Below are positions 20,262 to 29,750 of a DNA stretch of 64,000 bases, in pieces. The notes below the pieces were generated by a model. It was given only the letters and a program-made list of their open reading frames with translations. It made no database searches and was not told where the DNA came from. How positions within the stretch are numbered: position 1 is the stretch's first letter; every line of letters begins with the position of its first letter. This DNA comes from Nitrospirota bacterium (GTDB lineage Bacteria > Nitrospirota > UBA9217), in contig CAVVUN010000002.1 in the NCBI GenBank assembly GCA_963751455.1, forward strand, positions 64,001 through 128,000. The letters are read 5' to 3'. Position numbers and translations under genes: made by a program.

Positions 20262-21110
20262 ATGTCTGCGACTATCTTAAAAATTACGATTCAATTCTGC
20301 TTTATCTCCTTCGCACTGTTTTCACTCGTCCTCTTCAGTCCGTTGTCAGCCGATTCTGCGGAGTATCTTACCGCGAGCGGCTGTTCAGTCAGCAATGTCG
20401 GATATTTGACCGAGCTCGCAAAAGAATATGAGCGGCGTGCCGGCGTTAAAGTGTTCATCAGAGGCGGCGGCAGCATCGTCGGGATCGAGGACCTGCACAG
20501 CGGTAAAGTCGACTTTGCGGCAGCGTGCAGACAAAAAAGTTCGGGAGACCCGGAGGATGTGATCTTCGTGCAGGTTGCATGGGACGCCCTCGTCTTCATC
20601 GTCCATCCCTCAAACCCGGTAAAAAATATTATGCTGGACAGTGTACGGGCAATATACCGCGGAGGAATAACCAACTGGAGCCAGCTGAACGGACCGGACA
20701 TCGCGATAAAAATTTATATTTCGCGCACCAAGAGCGGCCTCTCAGGAGTTGAAGCTTCTACGAAAGAGCTGGTTCTCCAGGGAAAGGACCCGGTCGAAAC
20801 AGAGAATATGCTGTTCCTGGCGTCGACAGGCATCGTTGAGCAGATGGTGGAGGAGACGGCGGACGGATTTGCCACATCAGGGTTTATCAGCGCACGCAAA
20901 CGCAAAGTAAAGATGTTAAAGGTAAACGGGGTTGCCCCGACAAATAGAGCCATTATCGATAACCGCTATCCGCTGAAACGTCCGTTGTTCATTGTTCTGC
21001 CGAAAAATGCCAAGCCCGAGGTTAAAAAATTCGTTGATTTTGTTTTGAGCAAGGAAGGCCAACGCTTCATTAAATCTCTCCAAGTCGTCGCGCTTGGGGA
21101 GGTACAATGA
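20262..21110 (+). CDS. PstS-like periplasmic binding protein
   Basis: GGGS..G, VAWDALVFIVHPSNPV and YPLKRPLF PBP motifs; signal peptide. Confidence 0.85.
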   Translation: MSATILKITIQFCFISFALFSLVLFSPLSADSAEYLTASGCSVSNVGYLTELAKEYERRAGVKVFIRGGGSIVGIEDLHSGKVDFAAACRQKSSGDPEDVIFVQVAWDALVFIVHPSNPVKNIMLDSVRAIYRGGITNWSQLNGPDIAIKIYISRTKSGLSGVEASTKELVLQGKDPVETENMLFLASTGIVEQMVEETADGFATSGFISARKRKVKMLKVNGVAPTNRAIIDNRYPLKRPLFIVLPKNAKPEVKKFVDFVLSKEGQRFIKSLQVVALGEVQ

Positions 21111-23329
21111 AGGGTTCTCTTCAGATGAGAGTTTCGGTTTTCATTACCCTCATTATCCTCTTGATCAGCACGATCAGCACCTACCTCTTTATCTCGGTAC
21201 ACAGCAAAAGCAAGGAGCAGGGCCTGGAGGTCCGCGGAACCGCTCTCGCGTATGCGCTTGCCAAGGCCGCAGAAGAAGGCCTCGTCAAGGAAGATCTTAA
21301 TCTCATCAAGAAATCATCATATATCGTTCAGGCGCCTGACGTCACGCTGGCCCAGGTCTATTCGAATATCTGGGCGGCCCTCGATGCATATCCCATTACC
21401 AATATAAAAGAGCCGCCGCATCCGGAGGCGGTCAAGCATTTTCAAAATCAGTATTCTTCGTTCAGGATCAGGACCCCTGGGTCTTCCGGTTATGATTTTT
21501 ATTATCCTATCTTCTTTAAGGCTTTTGAGGATTCTTCACCTGCCATTATCGGCTTCGTTCGCATTACCCTGTCGTCCGGATCGGTACAGAAAGAAATAAG
21601 AAAGATCGTCATTATCAATATTATTGTTTCGATCGCCATGACGTTTCTCGCAATTCTTGCGCTCAACATGCTGATGCATCGCCTTGTGATAAACCCGGTC
21701 ATGGCCCTCCATCGCTCGATTGCGCGGTTTAAGAGCGGCGCGGCCGATGGAACTGTGATTATCCCTGCACAATCGACCGGCGAGATACGCGAGCTTTCAC
21801 TGGAATTCGACCGGATGTGCAAAACAGTCCGGGAAGACGAAAAGAAATTGATCGAATCGGACAGGCGCATACGCTCGCTCTTCGACCGTGTCGAGCATGC
21901 TATTTTCAGGATCGATACGCACGGCACGATCGTCGAAGCCAACAGCAGGTTCAGTCTCATGTTCGGCAGTGTGAGCGGCCTTTGCGATATCATTATCGGT
22001 GATATCAGCGCGGATACCTGCCTCACAAAAGCTGCGTCGGGCAAGGCGCTGCATATTGAAGACAAAGCAGTCGCTCATGACGGAGAGGAAATGATCATTT
22101 CACTTTCCCTGTATCCGGAGTATGCCGCAGCCGGCGGAATAACCGGTTTTGACGGGTATATCATCGATATAACCGAAAAAAAGCGGATGGAAGAGCGGCT
22201 CATGAGGTCCCAAAAGCTCGAAGCAGTCGGCACCCTTGCCGCGGGCATGGCGCACGACTTCAACAACATCCTGACGGCAATTCTCGGTTATTCCGGCATC
22301 ATGATCAAGGCATTGAAAGACGACGACGCCTTTTACAAGCCGGTGAGTATCATTCACGATGCCGCAAAAAGAGGGGCGGAACTCGGAAAGAAGATCCTTA
22401 CCATCACCCGCAAGGAGAAAATATCTGCGAAGCAGGTAAATATCAACGAAATCATCCTGACCGCTGTCGACCTTCTCAGGAGAAGCATTCCGAAAAATAT
22501 TGAAATCGTGACGAAGCTGCGGGAAGCACTGCCGCTCACCGTCGCCGATCCGTCTCAATTGCAGCAGGTGATACTGAACCTGGTGGTTAATGCGCGGGAT
22601 GCGATGCCTGACGGCGGGAAGGTGACGCTGGAGACAACGGTCGTGGCTCCGGGAAACGGTTTTGCGAACAACCCGCACACGCCCGCGCAGGAATATATAA
22701 AGATGTCCGTGTCGGACACCGGCGAAGGAATTGACGCGGACACCCAGTCAAAAATATTCGATCCTTTCTTTACCACGAAGGAGGTCGGTAAAGGAACGGG
22801 GCTCGGTCTTTACATCGTTCATTCCGTCATCAGCAATCATGGAGGCTATATTAACGTCTACAGCGAACCGCGGAAGGGAACACAGTTCAATCTCTATCTG
22901 CCGCTGGCAAAGAGTACGGTTACAGAAGGGACCTTCGTGGAAGTCGACATCGCCGGAACCGAGACGATTCTCGTGATCGACGACGAACCCCATGTCAGGG
23001 ACCTCTGTAACGACATGCTGACATCGCTCGGATACAGAGTCCTCGTTGCAGGAAGCGGCAATGCCGGTATCAGTCTTTATCGCGAAAAGAAATCCGAAAT
23101 ATCGCTGGTTATTCTGGACATGATCATGCCGAGAAAGGGAGGAAACGAAGTGTTTGCCGCCCTCAAGACAATAAACAATCAAGTGAAGATCCTCCTTTAT
23201 TCGGGATACAGTCATAATAATTACGCAGGCATCAGCGAACTTCTTGAGCAGGGCGCATCCGGATTTATACAGAAGCCTTTCTCACTTCAGGACATCGGCA
23301 TAGCAATACGAAATGCTCTTGGACATTAG
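21107..23329 (+). CDS. Hybrid sensor kinase (HAMP-PAS-HisKA-HATPase-receiver)
   Basis: AHDFNNIL, NARDAM, GKGTGLGL and C-terminal IDDE..LDMIMP receiver; ATGA overlap with the PBP gene. Confidence 0.93.
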   Translation: MKGSLQMRVSVFITLIILLISTISTYLFISVHSKSKEQGLEVRGTALAYALAKAAEEGLVKEDLNLIKKSSYIVQAPDVTLAQVYSNIWAALDAYPITNIKEPPHPEAVKHFQNQYSSFRIRTPGSSGYDFYYPIFFKAFEDSSPAIIGFVRITLSSGSVQKEIRKIVIINIIVSIAMTFLAILALNMLMHRLVINPVMALHRSIARFKSGAADGTVIIPAQSTGEIRELSLEFDRMCKTVREDEKKLIESDRRIRSLFDRVEHAIFRIDTHGTIVEANSRFSLMFGSVSGLCDIIIGDISADTCLTKAASGKALHIEDKAVAHDGEEMIISLSLYPEYAAAGGITGFDGYIIDITEKKRMEERLMRSQKLEAVGTLAAGMAHDFNNILTAILGYSGIMIKALKDDDAFYKPVSIIHDAAKRGAELGKKILTITRKEKISAKQVNINEIILTAVDLLRRSIPKNIEIVTKLREALPLTVADPSQLQQVILNLVVNARDAMPDGGKVTLETTVVAPGNGFANNPHTPAQEYIKMSVSDTGEGIDADTQSKIFDPFFTTKEVGKGTGLGLYIVHSVISNHGGYINVYSEPRKGTQFNLYLPLAKSTVTEGTFVEVDIAGTETILVIDDEPHVRDLCNDMLTSLGYRVLVAGSGNAGISLYREKKSEISLVILDMIMPRKGGNEVFAALKTINNQVKILLYSGYSHNNYAGISELLEQGASGFIQKPFSLQDIGIAIRNALGH

Positions 23330-23554
23330 TGTTTAAAAATACCGCCGGACATTCCAATTCGATTCAGCGATTCAGAGCCCTTTCCCCATTCTCGATGGCT
23401 GTGCACCCCCGACTAATACTTTCTTCTAATTGACATTCATATTTTGTGTTGTTTAATTGAATCATATTGTTTAAGCGCGACTCTGACTATGTTAATCGGA
23501 GTCATAAGCCGTCCGACCGCCGGTGCGATGCCAAAGAAGGAGCCGGAGGATACC

Positions 23555-24364
23555 ATGCCGAAAATCGATGTAGGTAAAAACATACATGCTTTTGTTGAAG
23601 ATTGGGGCGCCGGCAAACAGATAGTGTTTGTCCATGGGTGGCCGTTCAACCACAGGATGTTCGAATATCAAATGACGGCGCTGGCTTTACGCGACTTTCG
23701 TGTAATCGGCATAGATTTGCCCGGTTTCGGCGCCTCAGATAAGCCGTGGGCCGGGAACGATTATGATACCTGGGCAAACGATGTGGGTAAGATTATGAAC
23801 GGGCTTGCACTGCGGGACGTGACGCTGGCCGGTTTCTCGATCGGCGGCGCAATAGTTGCGCACCGTCTGGCACGTTTCAGGGACACCCGCGTTTCGAAAC
23901 TTTCGCTGCTATCGGCCCCGCTGCCGACCGCATGGCTTGGGCAGGAGGACAAAAATATTGTCGACGGCTATATCGAAGGTCTTATCAGCGATAGATATAA
24001 GTTTATCCACGAGTTTATTCAGAAGATGCCGAACAAGACGGCGAGCCGGGAATTTATCGAGTCTCTTTTGTCGATGGGGAGGCAAGCTTCGCTTCGGGCC
24101 TGTTTGCGCGGTCTCGAGGAGATGCGGGACAGAAATCTTCAAGCGGAAATGGGAAATATTCGCATACCAACCAGGATTTTCCACGGAGTAAAAGATTCGA
24201 TTGTTCCTTTCGGGCTTGCAGAGCAGCAGAAACGCCTCATCCGGGAAGCAACGCTCGTGCCTTTTGAGAACAGCGGCCATGCGCTTTTCTGGGATGAAAA
24301 GGACAAGCTGGTGAACGAAATAGCAAAATTCGCCGATGAAAAACAGGCGAGGGTTGCTGCGTAA
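23555..24364 (+). CDS. Alpha/beta hydrolase (non-heme chloroperoxidase-like)
   Basis: RBS ggagg; VHGWP, GFSIGG nucleophile elbow, HG..D and SGH. Confidence 0.92.
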   Translation: MPKIDVGKNIHAFVEDWGAGKQIVFVHGWPFNHRMFEYQMTALALRDFRVIGIDLPGFGASDKPWAGNDYDTWANDVGKIMNGLALRDVTLAGFSIGGAIVAHRLARFRDTRVSKLSLLSAPLPTAWLGQEDKNIVDGYIEGLISDRYKFIHEFIQKMPNKTASREFIESLLSMGRQASLRACLRGLEEMRDRNLQAEMGNIRIPTRIFHGVKDSIVPFGLAEQQKRLIREATLVPFENSGHALFWDEKDKLVNEIAKFADEKQARVAA

Positions 24365-24402
24365 AGTGCGGTTCATACTCTTCAAAAAAGTGTGAAGCGC
24401 AC

Positions 24403-24581
24403 GTGGTGAGCACCGGCGTAACGATGGGCAATCCCGCGACTTGGCATCCCCCGGCTCCGCCGGGGGTGGAAAGCGCTTACTCGCACTTGCGAGTCGCGTA
24501 AGCGCGAGTAAGCAGTCCCGGGAGGTCGCGTTGTTCAAGGGAGCCTCCGGCTCCTGGCCGGAGGGGGGGCTCCACTATTTT
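24403..24581. ncRNA. Candidate structured RNA or non-autonomous element (unassigned)
   Basis: Multi-stem GC-rich fold: CGCGAC/GTCGCG encloses two long hairpins, followed by a GGAGCC/GGCTCC hairpin. Confidence 0.35.
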
Positions 24582-24916
24582 ATTCTATTCCCTCGATACC
24601 TCCCGCCGTTTTCAACCGGATGAAGGGCGGGTCCTCTTCGGAGAATTTCAAAAGCCTGTCGTCCCCGTCCTCGTTTTCTCCCATTAAAGACTGAATGAAT
24701 TGATGCGATTGAAGCAACGTTCACTGATGATAAATGATGACGGAGTGCCCCGCCTTGACACTCAAAAAAAAACCGGATACTCTTGAAATAGAAATAGTTC
24801 TTACAGGCAATGAGACTATATCGCCTTCCGAATCGCATCTGATTTGACGCATCCAATCCCGTGGCTAAGGCAAACATACCGGAATTGGATGTTATCATTT
24901 CTTCAAGGAGGAACCC

Positions 24917-25405
24917 ATGGTAAAAGATCCGGTATGCAAGGTTGATGTTGACGAGAGGAGCACCGCCTGGTCAAGCACCTATCGGAACAAAACCTATTAC
25001 TTCAGCTCGGAGCAATGCAAGGCCGATTTTGACAGAAACCCGGAAAACTACAGTACTATTACCGGGACGCGTATTGCAAGCAGGGCCCGGTCGCAAATAG
25101 GATCGATGATTACAGAGCGCAAGGACAAGACCGCTGAGCGGATAGTGGTCCTGTCCGATGCCCTGCACGGCGCTGCACAGCGTTTCCGCGAGCAGAACCA
25201 GGCCGCACCCGCGCGCTATGCGGACAGGGCGGCAGAAAAAGTGCAAATGCTTTCCGACTATTTGCGTCGCAAAGACGCGGAGCAGCTCATTAACGAGACG
25301 GAAGATTTTATCAGACAGCACCCGGGTCTTGTAATTGGAAGCGCATTGCTGGCGGGTTTTCTTACGGCGCGTTTCCTCAAAAGTTCGAGATCCGTATCGA
25401 CGTAA
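24917..25405 (+). CDS. YHS domain fused to an ElaB/YqjD-like membrane-anchored domain
   Basis: KDPVC..YYFSS..C..F..NPE.Y, then ..FIRQHPGL..G.ALLAGFL.ARFLK. Confidence 0.8.
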   Translation: MVKDPVCKVDVDERSTAWSSTYRNKTYYFSSEQCKADFDRNPENYSTITGTRIASRARSQIGSMITERKDKTAERIVVLSDALHGAAQRFREQNQAAPARYADRAAEKVQMLSDYLRRKDAEQLINETEDFIRQHPGLVIGSALLAGFLTARFLKSSRSVST

Positions 25406-25420
25406 AGAATGTGGAGGTAT

Positions 25421-25822
25421 ATGGTTATGAATCACGTACATCTAAAAGAAGATAGATCACTCCCTGAACTTTTCTCCGACCTTTCCGGCGAAATGCAAAG
25501 ATTGATCAGGGACGAACTGGCCCTGGTAAAAAGTGAGGTATCCCACAAGATATCCAAAGGGATTAAAGACATTTCCTTTCTTGTAATCGGCGGCGCGGTA
25601 ATATACGCGGGCCTGCTCGCAGTGATCGCAGCGGGTATATTTCTTCTCGGCACCGCGATAGCGTTGTGGCTTTCAGCGCTCATCATAGGCATACTCGTTC
25701 TCGGAATAGGGTATTTCATGGTGCAAAAGGGGCGGACCGAGCTTAAACAAACCGATTTTACTCCGGAAAGGACGGTTCGAAGTTTGAAGGAGGACAAAGA
25801 ATGGATGAAAAAAAGGACATAA
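25421..25822 (+). CDS. Phage holin family / YqjE-like membrane protein
   Basis: LIRDELALVKSE, two TM segments, PERTVRSLKED. Confidence 0.85.
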   Translation: MVMNHVHLKEDRSLPELFSDLSGEMQRLIRDELALVKSEVSHKISKGIKDISFLVIGGAVIYAGLLAVIAAGIFLLGTAIALWLSALIIGILVLGIGYFMVQKGRTELKQTDFTPERTVRSLKEDKEWMKKRT

Positions 25823-26541
25823 CGACAGACATTCCTCCCGAACAGATTGAGGCGGATATAGCGCGGACCAGAAGGGAGATAACCGGAACAGTCGGTGCAA
25901 TCAGGGAGCGAATTTCCCCCGGGCATTTGAAAGGTCAGGCGAAATATAAAGTCCGCGAATCCACAGTCGGGAGGGCGAAGGAAGCGGCGTCAAGAATAAG
26001 CCGGAGGGCAAAAGAAACCGGCACGCAGATTGCGGATACCGTAAGACGGGACCCGGTGCCGCTTGCACTCGTCGGTGTCGGCATGGCCTGGTGGATGATC
26101 AACCGGTCCCGGCACAACGGAAGCCGTATTTCTGAAAGAACGGCTGCGCTCAGGAATAAAACCGGAGAGCTATCCGGCAAAGTTCAGGAGAAGGCCGGCG
26201 AGTTCACGCGGCAGGCGAGAGAGCGAAGCGGGGCACTGGCTGAGAAGGCGAAGTACGCGGCTGGAAGATACCGCAGGGTCGCGCAGGACAAGGCGCTGGA
26301 CGCAAAGAACATTTTTCAGCAAACCGCCCACGATAACCCGTTCACGATTACCGCCGCAGCGTTTGCACTTGGCGCGGTGTTCGGCCTCATAATTCCGGAA
26401 ACCGGAAGAGAACAGGAAGTAATGGGCAGCGCAAGCGGAACCGTGCTCGGCAAGGCCAGGGAAACAGCGCAGGAGACGCTGCATAAGGCGCAACATGCAG
26501 CGGAAAAAGCAATTGAGACGGCAAAGGAAGAATTTAAATAA
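25801..26541 (+). CDS. DUF3618-domain protein
   Basis: PEQIEADIARTR.E...TV.AI.ERISP N-terminus; C-terminal NP..GL.IP.T..E. Confidence 0.85.
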   Translation: MDEKKDITTDIPPEQIEADIARTRREITGTVGAIRERISPGHLKGQAKYKVRESTVGRAKEAASRISRRAKETGTQIADTVRRDPVPLALVGVGMAWWMINRSRHNGSRISERTAALRNKTGELSGKVQEKAGEFTRQARERSGALAEKAKYAAGRYRRVAQDKALDAKNIFQQTAHDNPFTITAAAFALGAVFGLIIPETGREQEVMGSASGTVLGKARETAQETLHKAQHAAEKAIETAKEEFK

Positions 26542-26617
26542 AAGAATCCTGAACCCGGGAAGCGGCGCTGAGTTCGCATCAGCGCCGATTTTTCGATGGA
26601 GGATCCGAGGAGGTTAT

Positions 26618-27071
26618 ATGGATAACGCCGACATTGTCAAGAAATTAAGAGCTCTTTGCCAGCTCGATATCGACGCCATGCATGCGTACATGCAGGCAAA
26701 AAGACCATATCGAGCAGAACGACATAAAAAACACTATTCTGAACTTTCAGGCGGACCATGGAAGGCATGTGCAGGACCTGTCTGAAATGATCAAGGTCTA
26801 TGGAGAAAAACCGCCGGAGTTCTCAAGGGACTTCAAGGGGTTCCTGCTGGAGGCGTTTGCAAGCGTGAGGAGCCTGACCGGAACAAAGGGAGCTCTGAAG
26901 GCGCTGAAGAGCGGGGAAAAAATGACGAACAAGCAGTATGCGGAGGCGGTTCCGTCGGATTTCCCGGCTGACGTAATGACGCTGCTCAGCAGGAATTTCG
27001 AAGATGAAAAGCGCCACCTCGACTACATCGAACACGCGCTGAATGTGCGCGCATGGGAAAAAGCGGCGTAA
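26618..27071 (+). pseudogene. Ferritin-like (PA2169/DUF2383-like) protein, one frameshift near 26700
   Basis: RBS ggagg; LDIDA..AY.QA continues in another frame as DHGRH..GEK.T..Y..DEKRHL. The shift falls in an A5 run. Confidence 0.8.
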
Positions 27072-27524
27072 CTTTTTACGCCGCTTTACTTTTTGGCATC
27101 GGCTCGGCATGCGTACACTTGTGTAAAGCGGCTCCGAAAAACGTATCTGCGAGGAATGGTAAATCCATAGAAGAATGATGAATAAGCCTAAAAAAAGCAT
27201 TTGGGACGCAGAAAAATCGGATAAACGCAGATAAGGTCGGATAAAAAAACGTTCTTGTATCGTAAAAGCAGTCACCCTGCGGGTGAATTTTTTTCTCTAA
27301 AAATTCTTTTGTTTGATCTGCGGTTATCTGCGTTCATCTGCGCCCAACTGCCGTTTTCAGGATAAGAGATCCAGCGGCTCCGTAGGCGGACGTCCTCCCG
27401 GCTTCAAGGCTCCGTTCCTTTAGCAGATACAATATTTTTTCGGGCTCAGCAATATCTTCATGATCTTCCCTGGATGACAACAGGCACGGTTTCCGACCCG
27501 TTCCATGCCCCCCATGAATGTTTC

Positions 27525-28486
27525 TCACTGAATAGTTTCCTCGAATCCGGGAAGAATGGCACGAAAGAAAGCGTTCTCGAACAGGTTTCCGATCAGCTGC
27601 CATGTCCCGATCTGAGGATTCTCCAGCTTGCCTGATATTGTGGTCTCGGTTGCCGCCTCTTTTCTCAGGCGGTTTTCGAATAACTCGGCGATACCTCCGA
27701 CGATCCCTTCGCATACGGGTCCAGCAGAAAATCGGCACCCCCCCGTATTGTCAGTTTTCCCGATTCCAGGAAAACCGCCTCAATCAGAAGGTCCGAAGGA
27801 TACTCCCGGTCGCGAGACCGGATATTCTTGATATTCCGGGCAATGATTTTTATATCGCGTACCTTGAACGGTTTGGACAGCCCTTCGGGAACATAGGTCA
27901 ATTCACCGTCTGTGATCTTGAGTTGATTTATTGTCAGAGGGTATACCGCCTGGAGCGCATCCTGCCATGATTCCTTCTCAATCGGCGCTTCGGTCATTTG
28001 ACCTTTCAGGTGCTTAGGATCGATGTGGAGTACAGGCTTGACGATTTTGACATCACCTACGAGATGAAAAGTCAGAAGCTCCAGCCAGCGTATGCTTGCA
28101 TGCAGTCTGCGGACATCGGCTACCGGAGGATCCGGATGCGGTTTCTGAGATAGTACAAGATTTTCGAGATCAAGAGACATTCTAAGAGGGTGAAGCGACA
28201 GGCTGTTTATCCGGACGGTATATCCGGTCAAACGCCGGTTCATTTCCGCTTCAATATAGCTGCGCACCGGCTCCCTGGAGTAGTAGGCGGCTGCTTCAAT
28301 TCCGATAACAAGGGAGAGGAATATTGCCAGTATCCATACCAGATGTTTTTTTTCATATGCCGGTATCCAGAAAGAATTAAGCTGATCAGGAAGTCGTGCG
28401 TCTCCACCGGTTGTTACACGCGAAGCAAAATTAAAACAGAACATAAGTACCCTTTCTTCCAGATAGAGGCGATCCCTGAGCGCCAT
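27525..28486 (-). pseudogene. DUF748-family protein with internal deletion and frameshift
   Basis: N-terminal part ends at DFLLDPY and joins out of frame to the family-like C-terminus EGIVGGIAELFEN..ATETTISG..NAFFRAILPGFE. Confidence 0.7.
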
Positions 28487-28537
28487 CTCTGTCCTGAAAT
28501 AAAGGCGGCGATAATGATTAATTATATCACTCGTTGA

Positions 28538-29545
28538 TCAGGTCCCGTCCCGGGCAGCCGATGCTTCCACATAATCCTCCCTGTTTACGACCCCGACCAC
28601 CCGCTCTCCCTTCAGGAACCGTTTTACATTTTGCACTGCCAGACCGGTTGCCTCTTCCTTCATCCCGGGGACCATCCCCGAATTATGCGGGGATCCAAGA
28701 ACATTTGACAATGAAAAGAACGGGTAGTTCGTTCTGAACTCCCCGAACGTGTATGGCTCGATCCACCAGGTATCAATGCCTGCCCTGAAGTCGGGGTGGC
28801 CGGCCAAATGCGCGTACAGATCCGATTCGACGATGATATCTCCCCTGGCTACATTGATGAGTAGGGCTTCCGGCTTCATCCATTGGAGCTGCTGTTTTCC
28901 GATAAGCTGCCGCGTGGCCCGGGTGAGCGGTATACAAAGGACGACGATGTCGGACATGGACAGGACCTTTTGAAGATCATCAAGTTTTCCGATAAATTCC
29001 ACAGGCTCTTCAGTCCTGCCGCTCCTGTTTAAAGCGTGGATCCTGACACCAAGCGGCCGCATAAGACGCGCGACAGCTCGACCGATTCCGCCGAACCCGA
29101 TGATCCCGCACAGAGAGCCATGAAGCCGGCGGTTAAGCCGCGACGCGTCAAATTCTCCGCGGGCCATTTTATGGTGTTCAGGCAGGAGGTTTTTAGCAAG
29201 CGCAAGCGTCATGGCGAGGACATGCTCGGCAATCGGTTTCGCATATACACCGACGTTGCTTGCGATGACGATTTCCGCCGGAAGTCGGGCAAAGGGCATT
29301 TGGTCTGCGCCCGCGCTCAGGAGCTGAATAAGGCGCACGTTTCGGAGAAGATTGAATTCTTCAGGGTGGAGTTCCGCTGAAAGGTACCAGGACAAAAGAA
29401 CTTCGGCCTGAGCGAGGGTCTTTTCCCGCTGGCCGGAGGACATGCCCGCCAGAAACGAAACACTGATCCCTTCGAACAGGTGCCGGATATGTTCCTTCTG
29501 TTTCTCTCCCACGCTGAAGGTTATGAGTATGTGATTGTCATCCAT
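28538..29545 (-). CDS. D-isomer-specific 2-hydroxyacid dehydrogenase
   Basis: GFGGIG Rossmann motif, INVARG, SPH. Confidence 0.93.
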   Translation of the reverse strand: MDDNHILITFSVGEKQKEHIRHLFEGISVSFLAGMSSGQREKTLAQAEVLLSWYLSAELHPEEFNLLRNVRLIQLLSAGADQMPFARLPAEIVIASNVGVYAKPIAEHVLAMTLALAKNLLPEHHKMARGEFDASRLNRRLHGSLCGIIGFGGIGRAVARLMRPLGVRIHALNRSGRTEEPVEFIGKLDDLQKVLSMSDIVVLCIPLTRATRQLIGKQQLQWMKPEALLINVARGDIIVESDLYAHLAGHPDFRAGIDTWWIEPYTFGEFRTNYPFFSLSNVLGSPHNSGMVPGMKEEATGLAVQNVKRFLKGERVVGVVNREDYVEASAARDGT

Positions 29546-29750
29546 GCGCCCTTTACCGCGTCAGACAATTTTTCCACTGTAAAAACTTTTTTCCATGGAT
29601 TATTTTAATTATAATGGACAACCGATCGCCGGGAGGTGTTCAAACTTTGCCCTTGTGGAGGCATGCGGAAATACGGGAAAAAGCCGATGTCCTCGTATTA
29701 CTTTTGGTTTCTTTTCTTTACATTCGTTTGGTGATATGTTAAAAATTCTC

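Noticed and set aside
25421-25822. Holin-family gene as evidence of a prophage
   Set aside because: The context is a YqjD/YqjE-like stress cluster with no phage structural or replication genes.
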